Of a DNA stretch of 64,000 bases, positions 62,042-64,000 are shown in pieces. Source of the DNA: an uncultured Planctomycetota bacterium. Lineage in GTDB: Bacteria; Planctomycetota; Planctomycetia; Isosphaerales; Isosphaeraceae. The translations under genes were made by a program, and so were the position numbers. The stretch spans positions 1,056,001 through 1,120,000 of the forward strand of contig CAWGMQ010000004.1 in assembly GCA_963823665.1 (NCBI GenBank), written 5' to 3'. How positions within the stretch are numbered: the stretch's first letter is position 1; the number at the start of each line of letters is the position of its first letter. A model generated the notes under the pieces. It was not told the DNA's origin. It searched no databases and saw only the letters and a program-made list of their open reading frames with translations.

Positions 62042-62096
62042 GTCAGGCTAAAGCCTAACCTACTCGGGGAATGCGTCAGGCTAAAGCCTGACCTAC
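62042..62096. repeat. two GTAG-type REP copies (gtcaggctaaagcctgacctac)
   Basis: Palindrome followed by CTAC, at 62042 and 62075; partial third copy at 29961..29977. Confidence 0.8.
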
Positions 62097-62097
62097 T

Positions 62098-63975
62098 TCA
62101 GGTGACTGATGGATTGCGCTTGCGTCCGCGGGCGGGATCGACGGGGTCTCCCTCGGGGAGGGTCGGCGCCGTGCGGGTGATGGCCAGTTGGGGGAGGCGG
62201 GGGTGCGGCTCGATTCGCTTTGCCTTGGTGAGATCGATTCGCTCATCGGCCAGGGTCACTTCGAACTTGCGGTTGCCGGGGAGCAAGAGCGGAATGCGAA
62301 CGGTGAAGGTGCTGCCTTGACCGGCCTGGCTTTCGAGCTGGACATCGCCGCCCAAGAGCTTGGTGAGCTCTCGAACGATCGAGAGGCCCAGACCGGTTCC
62401 GTGGTACTCGCGGGTGAGGACGTTGTCGGCCTGGCCTGGGAGCTTGGCCTGGCGGAATTTCTCGAAGATCGTTTCGCGGTCTTCCTCGGCGATGCCGATT
62501 CCGGTGTCCTGCACTTCGACGACCATGAAGCGAGCTTCGGCGCGGGCACGCAAGGTGACTCGACCGCCCTCGGGCGTGAACTTGATTGCGTTCGAGAGGA
62601 GGTTGTAGATGATTTGCTTGAGTTTTCCCGGGTCCTGGCGCAGCAGCGGGATCGCCTCGTCGATCTTGCATTCCAGTGTGATGTTCTTGCGCTCGGCGAT
62701 CGGCCTGCACAAGTTTGCCAGGGCCTCGCAGACGTCGCGGACCGAGAAGTCTTCGCTGCGAACCTCCATCTTGCCGCTCTCGATCTTGGCGAGGTCCAAG
62801 ATGTCGTTGATCATCGAAAGGAGCATCTTGCCGGAAGACTGGATGTTGCCGGCGTAGCGGCGGTGGCGCTCGTTGAGCTGGTCGGCCCCGGCGAGGACCT
62901 CGGAAAAACCGATGATCGAATTGAGCGGCGTGCGGAGCTCGTGGCTCATGGTCGCCAGGAAGTCGCTCTTCAAGCGATTCATCTCGAAGAGCGCCAGGTT
63001 GGCCTGGGCGAGTTCGTCGACTTTCTTGTCGAGATCGTTGTTCAGCTCGCGCAGGGCCTGCTGCATGGCGACCAGGTTGTAAAGCATCCGGTTGAATGCG
63101 TGTGAAAGCTCTTCGAACTCGTCGCCGGTTTCGATGCGGCTGCGAATCGTGAGCCGGCCCGCGGCGATGGCGTCGGAAACGTCTCGCAGGTGCTTGACCG
63201 GCTTGACGATCACGTACCGGACGATGATGTACGAGGAGAGCATGGCCACGATCGCGGTGATGAGTGCCGCCGTGATCAGCATCGCCCGATTCAGGTTGAT
63301 GGCGTTGATCGTCTGCTCCATCGGCAGATTCACGACAACGGCTCCGGCCAGATCGCCGACTTTCGCGGGGACCCAGTGCTCGCCGTCAGCGGCCAGCCTG
63401 CTCAGGTGATCGTCCAGAGGGATATCTTTGCCGTCGTCATCCGTACCGTGACAGGCCATGAGGCAATTGGGCTTAAAATACACGGCCTCGATGTACTGGT
63501 ACTCTTTCTTGCCGTTGATGTTGCGATCGTACCACTGGGGAAGCCCCTTCGCCGGCGATTTGACCGACTTGCGCTTGGGGTCGGGCTCGGCGGCGGGCTC
63601 GAGGAATTTCTTGAGAGCTGTGCGCTCAAAATCGTCTTCAGGTTGGCGGGACGGATTCTTGAATGAGTCAGGGCCGAGAATGCGTGCCTTGTAGTTTGGA
63701 AAATCTTGAATCGGACGGAAACCTGCAGAGAGGGCGTCGATCATCAGCTCGAAGTTCGAATTCCCGGTCATCTTGACGTGAAATTCAAACAATGAGGGGT
63801 TCACGAGCAGCCGCGCGGTCTGTGTGGTCTGATTCAAGACCAGGTGCTCGGTCTTCTGGCCGTACCAGAAGAAGCTGCCGGACACCAGCACGAGGATACC
63901 CAGCCCGAAGATGAAGCGGCATTTCCGCTCCAGGCTGGTTTCGCCGAGCAAGTGTTTGAAGCTTCGGTACGACAC
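62098..63975 (-). CDS. membrane sensor histidine kinase (periplasmic domain, HAMP, HisKA, HATPase)
   Basis: Two TMs; DEFEELS.AFN.M; MSHELRTPLN; NLLSNAIKFT; DTGIGI; GTGLGL. Confidence 0.95.
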   Translation of the reverse strand: MSYRSFKHLLGETSLERKCRFIFGLGILVLVSGSFFWYGQKTEHLVLNQTTQTARLLVNPSLFEFHVKMTGNSNFELMIDALSAGFRPIQDFPNYKARILGPDSFKNPSRQPEDDFERTALKKFLEPAAEPDPKRKSVKSPAKGLPQWYDRNINGKKEYQYIEAVYFKPNCLMACHGTDDDGKDIPLDDHLSRLAADGEHWVPAKVGDLAGAVVVNLPMEQTINAINLNRAMLITAALITAIVAMLSSYIIVRYVIVKPVKHLRDVSDAIAAGRLTIRSRIETGDEFEELSHAFNRMLYNLVAMQQALRELNNDLDKKVDELAQANLALFEMNRLKSDFLATMSHELRTPLNSIIGFSEVLAGADQLNERHRRYAGNIQSSGKMLLSMINDILDLAKIESGKMEVRSEDFSVRDVCEALANLCRPIAERKNITLECKIDEAIPLLRQDPGKLKQIIYNLLSNAIKFTPEGGRVTLRARAEARFMVVEVQDTGIGIAEEDRETIFEKFRQAKLPGQADNVLTREYHGTGLGLSIVRELTKLLGGDVQLESQAGQGSTFTVRIPLLLPGNRKFEVTLADERIDLTKAKRIEPHPRLPQLAITRTAPTLPEGDPVDPARGRKRNPSVT

Positions 63976-64000
63976 GGGCCTTTACCCTTGGGACCAGGGT

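Noticed and set aside
1..64000. tRNA, rRNA, known riboswitches, prophage
   Set aside because: None recognised by eye; tRNAscan-SE and Rfam scans would be needed to exclude them formally

Overview
GC-rich bacterial DNA, very probably Planctomycetota (Isosphaeraceae-like). The lineage call rests on ECF sigma factors with long C-terminal extensions, an 'EPLERRTLLS' secreted protein, DUF4058/Uma2, DUF1080, an HTH-REC regulator and characteristic REP-like palindromes. About 45 genes are present, and I recognised no rRNA, tRNA or CRISPR array. About nine genes carry single-base frameshifts, including conserved mnmG, so these are most likely long-read errors. Main points of interest: (1) a co-oriented minus-strand operon (29.8-22.7 kb) of apparently cytoplasmic proteins: astacin-like metzincin, small chagasin-like beta protein, REP array, ~1310-aa tandem thermolysin-like gluzincin (99-aa domain inserted between Zn ligands) and a ComEC-like MBL hydrolase, a candidate protease-controlled effector/conflict system; (2) a ubiquitin-like protein ending LVGG, divergent from a DUF4132 gene; (3) a PEP-CTERM protein with the full thioester-domain signature; (4) a receptor Ser/Thr kinase with ~21 32-aa YD-like repeats and a PDZ domain; (5) two integrase-free regions where diverged tandem duplications bracket different cargo genes; (6) an IS1182-family element inserted in the loop of a REP hairpin. 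All family assignments come from motif recognition by eye, not database searches.
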